The notes under the pieces are model-generated. The model saw only the letters and a list, made by a program, of their open reading frames with translations, made no database searches and was not told the origin of the DNA. A stretch of DNA of 24,843 nt from Macrostomum lignano (Eukaryota), in NCBI GenBank assembly GCA_002269645.1, contig NIVC01005146.1:1-24843 (forward strand), written 5' to 3'. Of the stretch, positions 21,020 through 24,843 are shown piece after piece. How positions within the stretch are numbered: the stretch's first letter is position 1; every line of letters begins with the position of its first letter. Made by a program: the position numbers and the translations under genes.

Positions 21020-22703
21020 CTAAAAAGTTATGTGCAATGTGCATGGTGGTGTTATTTGATTTGAAAGTACAAGCCTAAACTGACAAGACTTGGCGTTGAT
21101 ACTTACGTATTTGTTTTGGCTTTCTTGTGTCAAGTTCTGATACTCAGATTTACTAGACAAGACTGCTGACAGTAACTGAAATGTTAAAATAGAATATAAC
21201 TTTTAAGTATGTAATGCATATGTATGTAGCTATTTAATTTTTTGCACCTAGAGAAAATTGAGATATTATACAGGGTTTCTTTGCAAAGGTTCCAACTGTG
21301 AAATCAAACAAAGCTGTCAATATGCGCAGTTCTTTCACAGCTAAATGTTCTCATAACGGCTATTTCCTGCTAAAGTTAGCTGGCAATATGAGCTAACAAC
21401 AAAATATGCTGCATGTACTTGTAAATGTGTAAGTGAAGTAAAGCTCTGAAAATGACACAATCTCAGTTATTGAAGGGACCATGCAGTTGCCTGCCCAGTA
21501 ACCAGCAACATAATTAGATTATCTAAAAAGGCCAATGCTAATTAACCACTTCAATTACTCTTGAAGATTCCTGCCAGTCTAGAAAGTTAACTATGCCACT
21601 GCCACTGCTAGGACAAATCGTCCTTCACAAGAAGGGGGCAATGCAAACACAAGCTGATAATTTTTGGATAGAGAAGACTAAATTGATAATAACAACTAAA
21701 TGCTATAATATACTCGTAATTATTGATGCCATTTAAAATTTGGAAGGCAATGCCCCTCTCTCCCGACTCCGCCACGCCTGGGCACTGGGATGCTGTTATC
21801 ATAAAAGTATTAGAAATTATTTATGAATAAATACAACTCTGTTGAAATATACTTGCATATGGTCATTAAAATTGCCTTTTGTCATGCAAAATGTAATGCA
21901 ATAATAAAAAGTAATGCAAAATGTTTTAACTATGCATTGTTTAGGCACCCTATACTAAATGCTCCGTTAAAGCTTGCAGCAGCTGGAGGTTCGAGATAGT
22001 CTGGCTATTTCTCTTGATTACAAATACAAGTGTTTTTTTTAAATTATCGGTCTTATTTTTAAAGTTTTCGAAGTTATAGCTAGTTGAGTCAGAGGTTATA
22101 TTTAATTTGAGAGAAAGAGAGCAAAATAGAGAATAGGAGACTGTATTGGCTTTGAGCCAAGCTGAGTGTTTGAAGAGAGAGATCTACTGAATGCGCATGC
22201 TAGTGATCTATAAAATGAGGGCAATTTTGTTAGAGAAAAGTGAAAGGTAACAATCAGCCTTGCACGGTAACTTTAGCTGACTGCTGAATAGCCCCTGACC
22301 AGACTGGGTGAATGATCTACAGCATGTTGCAAGTTAAAGATAGAATATTTAGTATCTTACACTTGGGCACTAATATAGCTACCGGGACAACTAGCCGTGC
22401 AAGGAAATACAAAGGACTTTTAATATTTATAAAAATAATTTATAGAAAAGAAGGCAAACTTGTTTGCTCGTAACGTACATTAACTCACAGAAAGCAAAAG
22501 TCAAGGAAAGTTTAGGATTTAGAAATTTAAAGTTAAGTATAGGAATTAGATTTCAGCTTTAGATTGTCAAGCTTTACACTTAGGAAGAAATTTATGGAAG
22601 AGATTACAAAAAGGCTTAAAGCCAGCGTTAGAAGTAAAAAATAATGAATTCAAAGGGTACAAAAAATTTAGAAGTTAAAACTTGTTCTCTTAACTTCAAC
22701 TCA

Positions 22704-22999
22704 CGGCTGCGGCGCAGGGGAGGGGGGGGCCGTAGCCCCGGGTGACCATCCGCGGGGGGGTGACCACCCCTTTAACAAAAAATTCTGTAAGTATGCACAA
22801 GGCCACGAGAAATTTTGCCAAATGCCAGGGGTTAGGGGGCCATAGTTCGGATTGTGCATTAGTGTACGCCTTGTTTCTGGTGTTGCGGCGCACCGAATGA
22901 CCTTTTTTTGGTCCCTCGTTCTGTCTCCTAGGGGGCAGGGGGGTGACCACCCAACCACGCCCCCCCCCCAACTGGAGGTGCTGCGCCGCCACGCCACTG
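22704..22999. mobile_element. GC-rich MITE (~296 bp) with TCAACTCA target duplication
   Basis: TCAACTCA at 22696-22703 and 23000-23007. Inverted GCGGCGCAG/CTGCGCCGC. Right end CTGCGCCGCCACGCCACTG; left TIR decayed. Internal GGGTGACCA repeats. Confidence 0.7.
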
Positions 23000-23008
23000 T
23001 CAACTCAC

Positions 23009-23876
23009 CTCCGATGATACTGATGCATCCACTTCAGTATTTCCACCGAAAGCAGTCTTTGCAGCAGTTGTATCGGCACAAGTGTCAGTAGCGTCTGACT
23101 TTGCTGCAGTTGTATCGCCACTAGTGTCAGTAGCGTCTGACTTTGCTGCAGTTGTATCGCCACTAGTGTCAGTAGCGTCTGACTTTGCTGCAGTTGTATC
23201 GGCACAAGTGTCAGTAGCGTCTGACTTTGCTGCAGTTGTATCGGCACAAGTGTCAGTAGCATCTGACTTTGCTGCAGTTGTATCGCCACTAGTGTCAGTA
23301 GCGTCTGACTTTGCTGCAGTTGTATCGCCACTAGTGTCAGTAGCGTCTGACTTTGCTGCAGTTGTATCGGCACAAGTGTCAGTAGCGTCTGACTTTGCTG
23401 CAGTTGTATCGCCACTAGTGTCAGTAGAGTCTGACTTTGCAGCAGTTGTATCGCCACTAGTGTCAGTAGCGTCTGACTTTGCTGCAGTTGTATCGCCACT
23501 AGTGTCAGTAGCGTCTGACTTTGCTGCAGTTGTATCGGCACAAGTGTCAGTAGAGTCTGACTTTGCTGCAGTTGTATCGCCACTAGTGTCAGTAGCGTCT
23601 GACTTTGCTGCAGTTGTATCGGCACAAGTGTCAGTAGCGTCTGACTTTGCTGCAGTTGTATCGGCGCAAGTGTCTGTAGAGTCTGACTTTGCAGCAGTTG
23701 TATCGCCACTAGTATCAGTAGCATCTGACTTTGCTGCAGTTGTATCGGCACAAGTGTCAGTAGAGTCTGTCTTTGCTGCAGTTGTATCGGCACAAGTGTC
23801 AGTAGCAGCTGAGCTTTTGGCATAATATTCAGTAGTGCCAGTAGGTGACTTTGTTGCCGTTTTGATAGTCCGTGCA
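23009..23876 (-). CDS. Exon encoding a Thr/Ala/Asp/Ser-rich tandem repeat region (868 nt)
   Basis: Donor GAG|GTGAGT (23008) is phase 0 in the TDT..AAKSD frame and matches the acceptor at 21020. Acceptor AAG|T at 23877 is phase 2 and matches the donor at 24035 (AAG acceptors are less common). Confidence 0.75.
23048..23803 (-). repeat. Coding minisatellite: 18 x 42 bp, TDT(CA/SG)DTTAAK(S/T)D(A/S)
   Basis: Counted from the ORF translation: 9 CA-type and 9 SG-type units. Confidence 0.97.
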
Positions 23877-24035
23877 CTTGTTGAAGGCAAATGAAATTTT
23901 GAAAATGGTGAGTTATAACTGAAAACATAACTTTACAAGCCATACTCAAAAAGTTCAATTAGCGATAAAAAAACTGAAAAAATGCAAAATAAATAATGGA
24001 TAAGCAATTAGATAAAACACAACAAAAACACTTAC

Positions 24036-24452
24036 TGCAGCTTCTTAGCATTCTTCAACAGGGACTTGAAATATTCTTCTTCAAACAAAACACAGAAGGC
24101 AATGTCATTTTGAACTTTAACACTTTTAGTTATCAATTCAATTAAACCAGTTTGTTGACAAACAAAATCCTTTAAATGTTGAAGCTGGCTAGGAGAGAAA
24201 TCCACAATTGATATTTTTAATTCAATTTCAGGAAAGCCTTTGAGAAAATCTTCATCATCTGATGAGTCACTGTCAGTGTTGGAACTACCAGAAACTTGTT
24301 TTTAGTCACTGTCACCAAGTTGAAGTTGCCATTGCTTTGCTTCTGAAGTAACAGCTGCAAATCATCTTTCTTGGCATCAATTTTTTGACACAATCTTGAA
24401 AACTCTTTATCATTTAGTTGATACTTGATTTCTTCCTTCAGCTTGTAGGGAA
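24036..24452 (-). CDS. Upstream exon of the RNF213-like gene (one frameshift)
   Basis: Acceptor TTTTTCAG|TT at 24453, donor CA|GTAAGT at 24035. PYKLKEEIKYQLNDKEFSRLCQKIDAKK...VTK then QVSGSSNTDSDSSDDEDFLKGFPEIELKISIVDF...KKL. One extra A in the A5 run (24299-24303) makes it continuous and phase-consistent. Confidence 0.7.
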
Positions 24453-24843
24453 CTGAAAAAATGTATTTGAAATATGATAGATAAATATTGATGTCTTTTT
24501 AAAAAGAAAGCATACTTGCTAAGCAACTTATTCAGTATACTGAATATTTTTGGATGTCTATAGATAATGCTGTAATTTTGTTTTTAAAATAGTCCTATTA
24601 ACACCTTTTGTTGATTTATTGATTTAGTATTTATAATAAGTAAGCAAAATTAAATGTAATAAAGTGCTTAATTATGTAATATCTAGTTAAAAACTTTAAC
24701 AATCTAGAAGCTTAAGACTAAGTACTTAAGCATATTTGTTCAGATAGCTTACATTTTTCGAAAATTTGCCTACTTTTGCAACACTACTCATTTATTTAAA
24801 CAAATATTTAAAAGGCACAAATTTAATAAAATTGTTACATAAA

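Noticed and set aside
22696-23091. Overlapping ORFs over the GC-rich MITE
   Set aside because: A by-product of high GC content in a non-coding intronic insertion.
23048-23803. 42-bp array as a CRISPR locus
   Set aside because: Contiguous tandem units with no unique spacers, no cas genes, and a eukaryotic exon context.
23005-23958. Alternative frames over the repeat (LLTLV.IQLQQSQ minus; SVASDFAAVV plus)
   Set aside because: Open only because the unit lacks stops; splice phases fit only the TDT..AAKSD frame.

Overview
Eukaryotic (intron-containing, probably invertebrate animal) DNA. Almost the whole window is one minus-strand, multi-exon gene encoding an RNF213/mysterin-like giant AAA+ ATPase, roughly 4,900-5,000 aa within the window, with its 5' end outside the window. 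I joined the exons by GT-AG sites with matching phases: 24452-24036, 23876-23009 (18 x 14-aa T/A/D/S repeat), 21019-17812 (split by a 1,170-bp non-autonomous hAT-type transposon with 12-bp TIRs and an 8-bp TSD), a single ~10.8-kb exon 17220-6422 (dynein-like AAA core plus E3-type region), 4436-3771, and possibly a last exon from 2666. The protein appears to lack the RING and to have only a degenerate RZ finger. At least six single-base frameshifts cluster at 6.8-8.8 kb, and one more lies in the first exon. Most can be fixed by changing a homopolymer run by one base, so they may be long-read errors; the hAT insertion is a real lesion. Other features: the 3' end of a Ty3/Gypsy element (integrase C-terminus, PPT, LTR), a PHD-finger remnant, an intron made almost entirely of (GACA)n, a tRNA-like SINE head, a fold-back element and MITEs. 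No database searches were run, and family alignments are from recalled motifs.
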